This document shows, one piece after another, positions 63,851-64,000 of a stretch of DNA of 64,000 nt. The notes beneath the pieces are model-generated. The model had not been told where the DNA came from, ran no database searches, and worked only from the letters and a program-made list of their open reading frames with translations. Every line of letters starts with the position of its first letter. Position 1 is the first letter of the stretch. A program made the translations under genes and the position numbers. The stretch comes from Ascidiella aspersa (Eukaryota), in assembly GCA_963924565.1 (NCBI GenBank), contig OZ004609.1, positions 6,634,001 through 6,698,000 of the forward strand, given 5' to 3'.

Positions 63851-64000
63851 CAGGGTGGTCCAAACCCAGGCCCGCGGACAACATGTGGCCCGCCACATCA
63901 TTGTTCGTGGCCCACGATGCACTGTTGAATTATTTCAAGTCGTTAAGTTGAGCGTTTAATCAAATAAATTTTATTGACACGAGCAGTAAGCGCACTGCAA
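63851..64000. mobile_element. Left end of a hAT-like MITE
   Basis: cagggtggtccaaac followed by ggcccgc subterminal motifs; runs off the window. Confidence 0.6.

Overview
AT-rich, intron-containing animal DNA; the gene families and repeats fit an invertebrate chordate, probably an ascidian (inference). Exon models were built by hand from GT-AG sites and phase, using exons largely missing from the ORF track. From left to right: (1) a minus-strand secreted C-type-lectin plus multi-Ig gene (ATG 7394, running to <=396); (2) a decayed Penelope-like (RT + GIY-YIG) retroelement bounded by inverted termini that carry minimal hammerhead ribozymes; (3) an intact 8-exon PhyH-family Fe(II)/2OG dioxygenase gene (13138-20914) with four broken paralogous pieces; (4) three copies of a secreted protein with two reduced WSC-like domains, two intact and one pseudogene; (5) an SLC35G/EamA transporter; (6) an orphan LGR/RXFP-type GPCR TM5-7 fragment fused to a dioxygenase remnant; (7) the 3' five-plus exons of a divergent class A GPCR. 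Many hAT-type MITEs with 8-bp TSDs are present. The most novel-looking signals are ORF-less fold-back mini-elements built from hammerhead-bearing Penelope termini, a tRNA-containing, circularly permuted, inverted retroelement present twice (retrozyme-like), and asymmetric evolution of the two WSC-like domains.
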